Positions 24,401 to 36,382 of a DNA stretch of 39,671 nt are shown here, one piece after another. The DNA is from Mesotaenium endlicherianum (Eukaryota): the NCBI GenBank assembly GCA_009602735.1, contig WELA01000919.1, positions 1-39,671 on the forward strand. The letters run 5' to 3'. Both the position numbers and the translations under genes were made by a program. Within the stretch, counting starts at the first letter, position 1. Each line of letters begins with the position of its first letter. The notes beneath the pieces are model-generated. The model was not told where the DNA came from, searched no databases, and saw only the letters and a program-made list of their open reading frames with translations.

Positions 24401-25574
24401 GCACGATGCCCACACGCCGCGCTCATGCGCACATCTGCAAGTTACACGTGCCCCCTCACTCTCGGCTCCTTGCCCCCCTCGTGGACGCCCGCAAGCGCAG
24501 GCCCTGCGCATAGACAGCATGCTCGAGTGACGACTCCCCATCCAACCCCAGGAGGGGGGGGGCGTTTGCACTTTACTTTGTATCAGATTGGACGAGCTGG
24601 CAGCCAGTGGTCCGTGGTCAAGAGAGGAGGCACAGCAACCTTCTGCTTGCAGTCCTTTCAGAGTTGTGCCGCTTGCTTCACCGGCGTGCTCTGCTTGCTG
24701 TTCAGTTGCAGCCATCATTTTGCCAAGGTTTTATAACATGATTCCAGGCAGCTGGCAACCAGGGGAGTGACAGAGGCACCGCGGCTGCCAGTCTCGACCA
24801 GCACTCTTCAAAACCAACTCCGGGCGGGAAAAAGCCAACACACATTAAGACAGGACAGCGAGACGAGGGGTGCCACCGATGCGGGGGGAAGAAGGGAGGG
24901 GAAGGAGGAAGTGGGGGAGTTTTGTCTTTCTTCTAGCGACAGGGCTAACGCCAATGGGAGAGTAGGATGTGAACAAATTGAAATCTTTTCTCCCCACCCC
25001 CCCCCCTCCCTCCCTCTCTCTCTCTCTCTCTCCTCTCCTTGGCTCTTGAGGCATCCCCCTGGCTCTGGGGGCAGAAGGGGGAAAGGGGGGGGAAGAAGGG
25101 GCAGGAGGGGGAGAGTGGGGGCAGAGGAAAGAGAGGGGGAAAACAAGGGGCAGAAGGAAGGAAGGAAGGAAGGAAGGGCGGGAGGGAGCAGGGAGCAGCT
25201 GACCTACTTCTGGAGATGGGGGGGGAGGTCGAAGGAGCGCGCCCGGCGGTGCTGCGAGAGGCTCATGTGGCGCGCGGAGCGCCTGGCGCGAGCGCGCTGC
25301 TCCCTTGTGCGCGCCCTCTCGGCTGCGCCCGCCTGGCCCGCGGGGTTGTCCAGCAGCAACATGCGGTCGTGCACGCGGCTGTCGATGGCGGCGCTTGCGT
25401 CGCCCACCTTGGTGTTGCCCTGCAGGAGAGAGCGCAGCAGCTCCTCTACGGCCGCGGCTGGGCTCTTGGCCTGCAGCTCCGACGCCTGGTGGCGGGAAAG
25501 GGGGAGTTGTCAAAGGGATGCAGGAGACACACGCGCACGCGCACGCGCGCCGCGCGCACACACACACCCACACA

Positions 25575-25605
<31 letters not shown>

Positions 25606-26222
25606 GCGCATGACAGATGAAGGAAGAGGGCCGGCCATGAGCGTGTGTCTCACTGTTTCCATGTGACCTTGGAATTCTGGTGTGCTATCATTGACCATTC
25701 GTTTGCGAGAGGGGGAAGGAAGAGAAGATGCAGGTGTGGAAGGAGTGGAGAAGGAAAGGATGAAAAAGTAGTAAGGAGGAAAAAGCGAAAAAGGAGGAGA
25801 GAATAAAGCAGGGGAGAGACAAGAAATAGAGAACAAAAGATACAGCAGCAGAGTACGAGAGAAGAAAAAAAGAAATCTATTCCATTGGCTTTGCCGCAGG
25901 CGAACTCGCACCAAAAATTTGCAGAGCTCATGCACATGATGACAGACCCCGTATAGCTCCTGAAACGACACCTGAATTTGTAAGCAAGAGCGAATACCTC
26001 GACAAGCATGGGGGTTATTCCAGAAGCACCAGCAGCACCTCCTCAAAAGGCAATCAGCACCGAGGCGTTTGAGCATGTCAGCATTATGTATCAAATCTGA
26101 GGGAAAAACAATATGCAGAGGGAAGGCATAGAGGGATGTGGACGCAGGAAGGGAAGATACATTACCCCAAGGGCAGCCTTGATTGGTCCATCTCTGACGC
26201 GATCCTCGAGTGACGAATACAT
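21490..26222 (-). CDS. POP4: RNase P/MRP subunit POP4 (Rpp29); exons 26222-26166 (tentative), 25485-25208, 24222-24154, 23217-23159, 22361-22260, 21632-21490
   Basis: The spliced product contains DRMLLLDN, RSARHMSLSQHRRARSFDLP, YEMYAPLREVWKKYIQEL, LLTADLHGAILEV, GIVVRETARTF and VPKQGTVF...VTLFGSNL, typical of plant POP4/Rpp29. GT-AG junctions have consistent phases. The 5' end is uncertain. Confidence 0.9.
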
Positions 26223-27133
26223 CCCCTCACCCAGTGAGCTGCATGAGAACACCATGTCAAGAGTTGCTATTAATGAGAACCTAATATGGAGGAGACAAGA
26301 GGGGGTCCATATACACTCTGAGCTCGTCCCTAATTGCTGACACGGAAATCTTCATTGAGCTTTTATAATTTGCACGACCAAGTAAAAGGTATGCTTGCTA
26401 GTTCTATAGTATCCGATATGCACGTTGGAAAGAAGTGTCGTTTTTCATGGATCAGAACGAGGTGGGAAGACCACCAAGTTTTGCAGCATGTCAAAATGAA
26501 GGGCATGCCAACGTGAGACTGTACTCTGAGCCCTCACATTATATCCTCGTGACGCCAAGATAGGAATGTAAGAAGAAGGAGAAGGGGAGGCGATGGAGAG
26601 AGAGAGAAACCTTGTGTGAGAAGTGCTCTATCTCATAAGTGCAGTTCCAGCACTCTGTGACAGATTTTGCGCATTGTAAGTTCCATCTACGAAGTTGTTC
26701 TCAATTTTGAATTGTACACAAAGCAAGATCTGTCAGCCTGCCTTCGACCGTGTAGTATACATCATATGATCGAGTGTCAAAAGACGAGTTAAAGCACGTA
26801 TTGCTCGAGCACTATGCCCTCAAAAAATGGATTTTCGCTGCATGATGAACGATTGCTCCACCGCATTTGTTTACTTTTGAAGCATATGACCTCAGCTACC
26901 GGACTACATGAGCTTCATCGATTCTTGAATGGAGGAATTTATGATACCGTGGGTCCTCCGTCTTGCTGCTATTTAGCCACATTTTACTCGTCGTAATTGT
27001 TACGACATCTGAAGTTGGGAGCATATATTCCTACCACTTCGGCACCTATGAAAGAACTTTTGCTTGAAGATCTCTGGGCAGCTATACAATGAACACCATC
27101 TCAGATAGTGGAGAGTTCTGCCTGGTCTTTTAA

Positions 27134-30100
27134 ATGGCGGTGTGCAACGATGAGAGAAGTACAATTAGGAGGCCGGTGGAAGTAAAGCGTGAGGATTTCC
27201 TCTATACGAGCTTTTATTGGTGAGTTCGTCAGGTTGACTCCTGCTGTGAGATAAGGCACCACACAAGTATCTCATTAAATTTCTCGATTACCAACTCCTT
27301 GCCTGGCCTGCTGTCCTGCCCCTTCTCTTCCTGCCGCCATTTTCTACTATGTGTAAACAACCATCAAATGCTCAACTCTTAAAATATATGAAAGTTGAGC
27401 CAAAAGTTGGAGGAAGTGAAGGCAAAAGGAGACATCTTTTGCTCTGGCAAGGTCTTTTGATGCAGTTTTTTGAACAAAAATGTTTTTGGCAGGAGTTCGT
27501 TCAGGAGTCCTGTCTGTAGCACACATAGTCAGCCATTTGAGCAGTGTCAATAACATTACTTCAAAATAAAGTGAAGCCCGGTTGGCATCCCCTTCGCCCG
27601 AGTGCAAGGGAGCAGGGAGCAGTGGTGAGAGAATATTTTGGGAGTAAGGAACACATAGCCCCCTTCCCCTTGTTAATGTAATCAGCTGATCGCTCGATCG
27701 CTTTTGACTCAAAGACACAGCTTCTGTTCGTTCCTCAATGGCACCTTGGCTTCCGTTGTGACGTTTCCAAAGCCTTTGTGTCGGCTTCCTCACAAATACT
27801 GAAGGTGGTCCCCTGGAAGCTTTACCGGTCTTCTCAGATGTCCCAGGCATCGAGAAAACATAATGCCGAGTGCGTTGATTCATCTGCTGTCAGTCCACAC
27901 GCTACACTTGCTTTGACTTCTTAGTGTAACTTCAGCCCCATGACTGTACCTGTCGATTCCATAACCTGAAAGGCTTCCCACTTCTTCATCCTTTGTCCGC
28001 GGTCAAGCACGTCTTGTAAGCTATAGGACTGGATGGCCGAGCACTACAGCACTGCGGCACTAGAGAGATTATTTTTCCCAAAATATACAAAATCTTTGTG
28101 ATACGAGCACACACACACACATACACCCGCCCACCCGGGCCACCCCCCCCCCTCTCCAACCCTCCTCTTCCCGCGAGCACGTTTCCAACTCTTCATCCCA
28201 TTCATAGAGGAACCAGTCATTGCTTCCGCGTGCGCATTACCTTACGTCAAATCTGCTCAAAAAAAGTGCCTGGCGCTAGGGTCAGCTTGTACTCATTATG
28301 TCTCCCTCCCGTAACACGCTCTCTCATCAAGAGACAAAGTATTAAAAAAAAAAAAAAAAAGACAGAACGGACAATGTTGCGGCTCTCTTCATAGGTAGAG
28401 AGCTTGCTTCTGGTGGGCAGTGAGGAGAACGCGTACATGCTGTGCCGACGGCTGCCCGAGCTTGGGCTGGCAGCCGCCGATGCCTCTGATCTCCTCGTTG
28501 TCTTCATATCCAACGCAGCCAGGCAGGTACTTGCCCTCTCTGCATCTCATTATCGTGTTAGTAGCTTGGCGAGGTCACGGTGCTTGGAGATTGGCCGTGC
28601 TTGGTGGGCCGTCCCTGAGGAGAGGAGAAGAGAGGGGAAAAAGATCAAGATGGTAGATGGTAGCACTTACTTGCAGGAGACACCGCAAGAGTGTTACTGA
28701 AACAGGAGAGGAGCGCGGGAGTATGCTGCTTGCTCTCGCTGTTCGCAGACTCAGCGACACAGCGACACAACGAGCGTCGCACACGTGGCGTCAGAGCATG
28801 ATTGCCACGTAGCACACTGCGTCACACTGCGTGACCATGCGAGCACATCAGAGCACACGGAGCCGCGTCTTTTCGAGACCAGTGGCAGCACTCTGGGCCT
28901 CTCCGTCTCCGTCTCCGAGCCTCAGCAAAAAGGCGTGTCTCGCAGCCGGGAGGCAGCCAGTACGGGGGGAGCCGATGAAGGCTCTGTGCCGCGCGCAAGC
29001 GCGCATGCAGAACCCGCAAGGAGGCGACATGAGTCTCGCAGCGTCGTTGTTGTTTTGCTGTCGCGACATCCATCCCCGCCGCCATACGATTACCAGCATA
29101 AGATTCTCTCTCGCCATCACGTTAAATAATTTCGTCGCCATCCCCAGCACTAGTGCTATCCCCGGCACCTGTGCACCAGCGCACCGCCGCATCATCACCC
29201 TCACTGTTCCCGCCAACGCCATGTCGCATCACCAACAACGCGTACCTCTCGCCATCACCATCACCATCACCATCCCCATCACCATCACCACCCCTGCCAC
29301 GATCGCCATCTCCCTCACCACCACCACCATGGCCACTGCGACCACCGTCATTGCCACGGCCATAGCCACGGTCGTCACCACTTCCACTGCTACCAGTCTC
29401 ATTCTCTCGACGACAATCTTCCGTCCAACTTTGGGTGTGGTGCGGTGCTGCCAGGTGCCCTTGTGGCGGCAGAGAGCTGCGCAGGGAGGCGCGGATGCGG
29501 GCGGCTTTGTGCTCTGGGACTACCATGTCATATGCATTCAGGTCCTCCGTCAAACACCCCCCCNNNNNNNNNNNNNNNNNNNNNNNNNNNNNNNNNNNNN
29601 NNNNNNNNNNNNNNNNNNNNNNNNNNNNNNNNNNNNNNNNNNNNNNNNNNNNNNNNNNNNNNNNNNNNNNNNNNNNNNNNNNNNNNNNNNNNNNNNNNNN
29701 NNNNNNNNNNNNNNNNNNNNNNNNNNNNNNNNNNNNNNNNNNNNNNNNNNNNNNNNNNNNNNNNNNNNNNNNNNNNNNNNNNNNNNNNNNNNNNNNNNNN
29801 NNNNNNNNNNNNNNNNNNNNNNNNNNNNNNNNNNNNNNNNNNNNNNNNNNNNNNNNNNNNNNNNNNNNNNNNNNNNNCCTTGGCCTCCTCCCCCCCACCC
29901 CCTTGGGGCCCCCTCCTGGCCCGCTTCCCCGCCTCTTCCACTCGTCCTCTGTTTCCGCAACATTGCACACGACTCCCAGCATGCGCGCACATACAGGCGT
30001 ATGCGCATGCAGCGTGCGCCTTTCCGTCAGATGCGAGAGCCGGCGGAGCATCAGCAGCCCTCCAGCTGGCAGCAATAGCACGCGACTCCTGGCGCCCGGG

Positions 30101-31359
30101 GTCGTAAGGGATGCGGAGTCGGCTGCAGAATCTCCAAGAGACGCCGGATGCTCTTGGTCTCAGATGGCGGCACGAGCGCACAAGAGTGCTTGCAGCCTGT
30201 GCCTATCCGTCAGATGAGGTCACGTCAGCGGCCGTGCAGCCGACGTGGCGGCTCTGCCTCTGCTTTGCTGTTCCCATCCCTCCCTCCCTCCCGCTTCAAA
30301 GATGAGAGGGGCATCCTGGCGGGAGGGAGCACCAGGCAGACTTCCTCACGTCCCGTGGCGGGGGTGCTGACATGGCCAGACAGACTGGCGAGGAAGCAGG
30401 TGTCAACGAGCACTTGCAAGCAAGCTTCTTTTGTCTGTGGTGCGTCGTTCTGTTCTGTGCTCATTCACTTTTGCCCACTCCAGCTCACAGACGCGCAGAC
30501 GGGCTCATAAGCTGTAGGCTGTGGTTGTTGACCCTCCTATGACTGCCCTGCTCCCTGGGTCTGCCGCTCAGTTCAACTCTGGGCCCGAGAAGTCAACCCT
30601 GGTGTGGGACCTCGACGCAACGATTGACTTCCCCGCCCGTCTCGACGAGTATTGCGCCCACGTCCTCTATAACGGCCAAATGGCAGCGTGGCGTCTGTCC
30701 CCCCAGTACATGCGGTCAGTGATTCCTTCCCCCCTTCCCCTCCCCCCTTCCCCTTCCCCCCTGCTCCTGCTGTCGCTGTCCCCTCTCTCACGCTCTCCCT
30801 CTTTGCCCCCGGCAGGGTTCAAGCAGGGGCAAGCACCGGAACGAGCAGAAAGCCAGTCTTGCACGTAGCTGACGCCTGCTGGACATAGGCAGGTATACGA
30901 CGTGTGTGCGCACATGGCATGTGTGGGTGCGTGTGGGTGGCCCACCTGTCTTGTCTCACAAGCATGTGTGCTTGGCGCATGTAGGTGCATGTTAAAGTAC
31001 CACCTGTCTCGACTCGGAGGTGAAGCTTGACCCGGGGGGNAGCCCTGGGTGCTGTATGTTGTGGCCCATCTGTCAGAAGCCAGGGGGTGGGGGGAGGTGT
31101 ACGGGCAGCGCCCCGGGCCCCAAGCCCTAAAGCTTAGACCTTAAAACCCTGATCCTCCACCAACAGGCTTAACTTCCAACCTCAGGCTTCCCACCCAGCA
31201 ACCCTAGACCCTCTCTCAAAAGTCTCTTGCCTGAATGAACAGCCCTCCACGTAAGCCCTAAGATGTAAAACCGTACTCGTCCTAGTAGGCGCACGCTCCC
31301 CCGGAGTATTCAAAATAACGGGTGCAGGGTGATGAGGGGGAGAGCGCGTGCGCGTCTGT

Positions 31360-31397
<38 letters not shown>

Positions 31398-34300
31398 TGC
31401 ATGCACTCACCGGCGGACTTGCAAGCGCCCATGAGGTGGTGGAGCTCTGCAAGCTGTGCCGTGTGCTGCCACCACCTGCTGCCGCCGCCGCGCTTCTCTG
31501 ATGCTGCTAAGGCTGCTGCTCCTCCTGCTCGTTCTGCTGCTCCTGCTCTTCCTGCTCCTCCTTCTGCTCCTCTTCTTGCTCCCCTCTCGCCTCCTGCTCC
31601 TGCTCCTGCTCCTCCTGGTGCGAGGGGAGCGTTCTGAGCCCTCGTTCAGCTCCTAAAGGTGTACCATGCCCGTCTGTGCCTGCATTGCCACGCCGCGAGC
31701 CAGCTGCTTCACGCACTGACACCTGGCAAGCAAGGATAAATTACTCCGTTGGTTTGGTGCTCCGTCCTTTCTCGCAATTACCAGCGCTTGCACACATGCG
31801 CAAGCACCCGCTTGCACGCTCACACACACAGACACACACACATACACACACATATGAGGGGGAGGCTGGGGGGCGGGCAGCCCGCCATATGTGTGTGCGC
31901 ACGTGGTGTGTGCGCGTGTGTGCGCGGCTGCTGAAATTTGTCCCCTGCCTCCACCCTCCCGCCACCTGGCACCACTTGAGTGCCCCTCTGAGTAGGCGCT
32001 GCGAGTGTGTCTCCCCTTCTTTTCTTACATTTGTATGTGGTGTGTGTGTGTGTGTGTGTGTGTGTGTAAGTGTGTGTTTGTGTGCGTGCGTGCGAGCGCG
32101 TGCACGTGTGTGTGGGGGCGCGAGTGCGCAGCATGATGAGGGTGGTGCGAGCCCCGTTGTTTCTATGCCACTTTGCGTCGGACCGGTCGCACATGCGGGA
32201 TGCGGCAACGGGGCAGTGGCTGCAGCCGTCCCCCCCTCACGACTGCATCGTCGCTGCAGGTGCGTGTGTGTGTGTGTGTGTGTGTGTGCGCATCAGCACG
32301 TGTGCAAGCGCGTGCTAGGAAGATTCAGTGACGCTTCATATTCTCCTCCCCTTCCTCCCCCTTGGCCTTCCCCCAGGGCTTACAAGAGCAGTCATGGAGA
32401 GGCTAGGGTTGAGGTGCTAATCTGTGAGGGGTTTGGGTTTTTAGGGGGCTAGAGCTACGAGGGCTTGGGGTTTATGTTGGAGAGGCGCAAGCGTTGGCTT
32501 GACAAGTGTCGGGTGCAGCAGCGCCAGCTCAGCTGCGCAGCCAGCAGCAAGGGAACCGCTTGAGCAAAGTCTCTCTTTTACTTGAGATAGTTTCTGGGGT
32601 TGGTTGGGCTGAGACACTGCCATGTAGCTGGCGGGAAGTCATCGTTTGATGAGTCGATGTGAGACCAGATGCGACAGACAGGACCCTCACCCCAGGCCCT
32701 AGATGCCAGTTCTGCTCGCCGTCTGGATGATCGCCTCAGGCACACCTGGCAGCATAACACTCCTCAGTCCTGGCCTCCTGGAGAGGCAGATTTGTCTTCT
32801 TTTTATCTTTGTTTGCTGAGCCCCAGCGCGATGTGGCGCAGGTCCTGGGCAAAGGAGGGGAGATGGGGGAGGGCGGGGGGGAAGGGGAGGGGAGGGTAGA
32901 AGCATTTTGGGCCTGCCACAGGGCTCTTTTAGAACCGCAAACCCTCACCATGCCCAAGCCCTATTGTTGCCCTAATTCTGAAGCCAAGAGCTCAGATTGA
33001 CGTGCTCCACCATGCAAATGCAAGCAGGGGCCCAGTAAGGAACATTGGGCAACGGGCATGTTTGCTCCGCATGCTAAGAAGGGGTTGCTGTGACCTTTTC
33101 CGACTTCTTCAGACAGAGAGGGAGAGGGCCTCTCACGCTGAGTTGTAACACACGCGGCGGCCCGTTGCGCTTTTAGAGCATCATCATGCTGACTCGCTCA
33201 AGCCCTCCCCTGGGCACCAGAAGGGCGCCAGACCGCCGGGGGGAGGGAGGGGGTGGGGGCAGCGGACAAGGGGGCTGGGGCAGGGGCCCTGAGCATCAGG
33301 GGGGGGCACCAAAGAAGGTGCGAAAAGGGGGGCTGGGCAATGGTCCTTGCTCCTGTCTGAATATGATGGAGCTGAGCTCGCGCAGATCAAGCTCTGCCTT
33401 GCGGTTTGGCAGCAGGTTCGGGAGCAGGTACAGGAGCAGGTCCGAGAGCTCGCATTAAAGGCTCGGCTGTGACTGACTTGTGCAAAAAGCTTGGCTGGGG
33501 CCCTGAACCCTCAGGAAAGGAAGGGATCAACCGCGCTTAGGCCATTGCCGGAACTGTCGGGAAAGGAAGGAGCGAGCAAGGTTATGGTAGCTTGTGTTTC
33601 AGTCTTCAGGGGGAGTGGGGCTTCGACATCCGGCAACATCTGTGCGTGCTTCGCGGTAGGTGTCCGCGCGCCACGTGTTGAACGTGTATTGATTGCCCGG
33701 GGCCCTTGGAAGCTGACCGCCCACCGTGTGTCGCGATGTCGGCCGGTGACTGACATTTGCGGGGTTTGGAGGGAGTGCTAGCTAGCGTCATGGGTTGACC
33801 CTAGGCTTGACTTGCATTGGCCCTGGGCATGACTTGGGTTGGCCCTAGGCTTGACTTGGGTTGACCCTAGACTTGCCTTGCGTCGGCCCTAGGCTTGAAT
33901 TTTTCCTCTAAAGGCCCTGTCAATGGTAATACTTGCGGTTGATTTTGCTCCTCTTGTCAGCATAGGAGTCTCTCAAAGTCTCTCAAAGCAAATTGAAATG
34001 CGGAACTCCAATTTCGAACATAGACCTCGGTCCTCAAAAGCAACCAATAATGGTGGGAGTGACAGAAGAGGGAGCAGGAGAGAGGGGGAAGCCAGTGGAG
34101 AGAGGGTCAAAGCAGTCAGACACAAGGCTGTAGTGTTGAGAGGGCATGCTGCATGCTGCAAATCTGCTCTCTTGTATCTATCTATTCAGACCCTCCTCGC
34201 CACATTTTTGAGTGGCCCCTATTCTTGGTGCATATGGTGCATGGATAAAGACTGCTAGTACTTCACGTACTTGAACATATGTGCGCCTCCCTGTGAGGAT

Positions 34301-34554
34301 GATGCCTTTTTTGGTGCCGGCCAGACGGGACGCGGAACAACATCCAGGAGTACATCAGCATGCCCAAGCGCTCGTCAGAGCAGTTCGGGGTGCTGTCGTC
34401 GAGGTCGAGGTTGCGCGATCCGCTCGGAATGCTTGTGAGCGAGGCGGAGTTTTTGCGCGTGGTCGAGTTTTTGCGCGCGGTCTCTCTAGCTGGAGCAGAA
34501 ACAGAAGCAGAAACAGGAGCAGAAGAAGCAGAACCGGGTGCGGTGTTAGTGTAA
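27134..34554 (+). CDS. NTAQ1: Protein N-terminal glutamine amidohydrolase (WDYHV family, Arg/N-degron pathway); exons 27134-27219, 28421-28526, 29455-29541, 30572-30714, 32132-32259, 34325-34554
   Basis: The spliced product has FLYTSFYCEENAYMLC, VVFISN, VPLWRQ, LWDYHVICIQ, LVWDLD, HFASDRSHM and DGTRNNIQEYI. The Cys-His-Asp triad is intact, and all junctions are GT-AG and phase-compatible. Confidence 0.95.
33791..33898. repeat. Minisatellite, 22-bp unit, ~5 copies, in the last NTAQ1 intron
   Basis: Consensus TGGGTTG(G/A)CCCTAGGCTTGACT repeated head-to-tail with substitutions. Confidence 0.85.
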
Positions 34555-34830
34555 GTCTCACATTGAGAGTGTCGCCAGCATGCGTGGAGAAGCCTCCTAC
34601 GTGGCGGGCAGGGTGGTGGCTGGCTTGCGACGTTTTTTTTTTTCATATAGTCATATTTGTTCCCGTATAGTTGGTACATCTGAATGCCTCAACGACACGC
34701 CTCAAATCTGTTTCAGTTGCAGAATGAATGTGGCCAGGTTGATATACAGCCAAACCTGAATTGGTAAAAGTATATCAGCAGTAGCGAAAGAAATTCGTTA
34801 AGTATTAACTGCGTAGGAATGGCTAGCTAG

Positions 34831-35075
34831 CCTAATTTTGAAATTTGGATGCGGCGCATACGGATTCGCCGATTTGCCGGAAGTACAGAACGTGAGAGTC
34901 AAACTTGTACGTTGGAATACATCGAATTTGTGAGTGTCGGTGGAATAAATTGACTATAAATTGGAAATAAATCAAAAAATCTGGTTGTACGCCAATACAG
35001 AGTATCACGATACGGAGTATTGCAATACGTACAATTCTGCCAGAAGAGGCTGTATGGGAGTATTTTAAAATTAGG
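34831..35075. mobile_element. MITE (245 bp), probably hAT-like
   Basis: TIR CCTAATTTTGAAAT / ATTTTAAAATTAGG (one mismatch) flanked on both sides by CTAGCTAG. This is palindromic, so the TSD/TIR boundary is ambiguous. Confidence 0.7.
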
Positions 35076-35713
35076 CTAGCTAGGGGGGCCATCCCCTGGG
35101 TAATTATGAAGACGCCAAGTTTTATGGAAGGATTGTATGAGAATGACCCTAGCGCCCACTTTCGAAGCTCAGAAGCGCAGCAAAAGTGTCCGCATGCATG
35201 TACCCCTTGACTAATTCCCAGCCGACCGACGTTTTACAAGTGCATGCAATGCTCTCTGCTAAAGCTTTCTAGGCAGAGGAAAATGTCAAAATCACCATTG
35301 AACATGACTGTGGCTATCTACAGTTGCATTATGGTGCAAACAGCGAGAATCTCTAGATGTACAAATTTTGCGATCATGTTTCATCAAGGGACCCATCTTG
35401 AGACAGATAGGGGCTCACAGTACATACCAGCAAGAACTGTGACGGGGGATGTATTTCCAGGTGAAACATCTCTGTGGAACGTGTAGCATACGCAACTACT
35501 CACGCAACTCACTTTGTAAGACTAATGGTACAGTCAACTTACGACTAGATCAATGCAACGTGCTGACGTACATTTTTGCAAGTATAGTCCTACCTTGCTA
35601 ACAAGAAAAGCCTGAATAAATACTGGCTCTACTTGTAACTTGACTACCTGTCAACACGGCGTCAATATAGTTTGCTAGTGTACAAGACTGCTAAGGTTAT
35701 CTATGTAGCTTAC

Positions 35714-36063
35714 CAAGGTTACGCCATACGCGTATCAGCCCAAAAAATTAGGCGTATTGAGCGTATAAATAGCGTATAGCGTATTAAGCGTATTTGGATA
35801 AAATTGAAGTGTAAAAATGAAACTTTTTTGTTTGGAGGGGGGAGGTCAAGTGATTGTATTCAAAGCATGGTGTACCGTCCTAATAAGTGTCATATGCCTT
35901 CAAGTTTCTCAAAAATGTCGATTGGAGTAATTTTGTACACATGCCGTAAAATAAGGCGTAACTTGTGATGCGTACTAAGCGTATCAAGCAATTTTTGCTG
36001 TAACGAATTTAGCGAATTAGCGTATCTAGCGTATTAAGCGTATGAACGTACGGCGTAACCTTG
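35714..36063. mobile_element. MITE, hAT-like non-autonomous element (350 bp)
   Basis: TIR CAAGGTTACGCCATACG / CGTACGGCGTAACCTTG (16/17); perfect 8-bp TSD TAGCTTAC (35706-35713, 36064-36071); clustered subterminal GCGTAT motifs. Confidence 0.92.
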
Positions 36064-36382
36064 TAGCTTACAGAGAAGAACGCAAGACCTACTATTACCT
36101 TGACTAACTTATAACATCGTTTTTTTCCTTTAGCCCATACTGCAAAGAGCTTATAACAAACCAAAGGCCCTGGTTGTCATATCACTCTTGAGTCCAAAAC
36201 TGCAGGAATAAAAGGTTGCACCAACGACTCAGTGATGAACTGCGTAAAATAGTGTAATTGCTCCTACCAGTACCTTATGGCAAGCGGAAAAGTACAATTG
36301 CTCCCACCAATACCTTATGGTACAAACTTACGCAGCTAGACAAACTTTAACGCTGTCAGACACACCAAAACAGTATCCATCA

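Noticed and set aside
25972..26097. Possible additional POP4 exon (IHNADMLKRLG...)
   Set aside because: The peptide does not resemble POP4, and it cannot be placed in phase between the flanking exons without a stop or frame conflict.
18863..30217. Long ORFs containing X runs (e.g. 18863-20245, 23365-24513, 28831-30078)
   Set aside because: Their length is inflated by N-gaps; only short embedded exons of POP4 and NTAQ1 are supported.
31115..32480. Degenerate telomere-like words (CCCTAAA, AAACCCT, TTTAGGG) in NTAQ1 introns
   Set aside because: Scattered and not tandem; insufficient for an interstitial telomere call.
36256..36320. Two 25-bp direct repeats with a 15-bp spacer resembling a CRISPR unit
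   Set aside because: Only two imperfect copies, a short spacer, a eukaryotic context and no cas genes; a simple 40-bp-period duplication.
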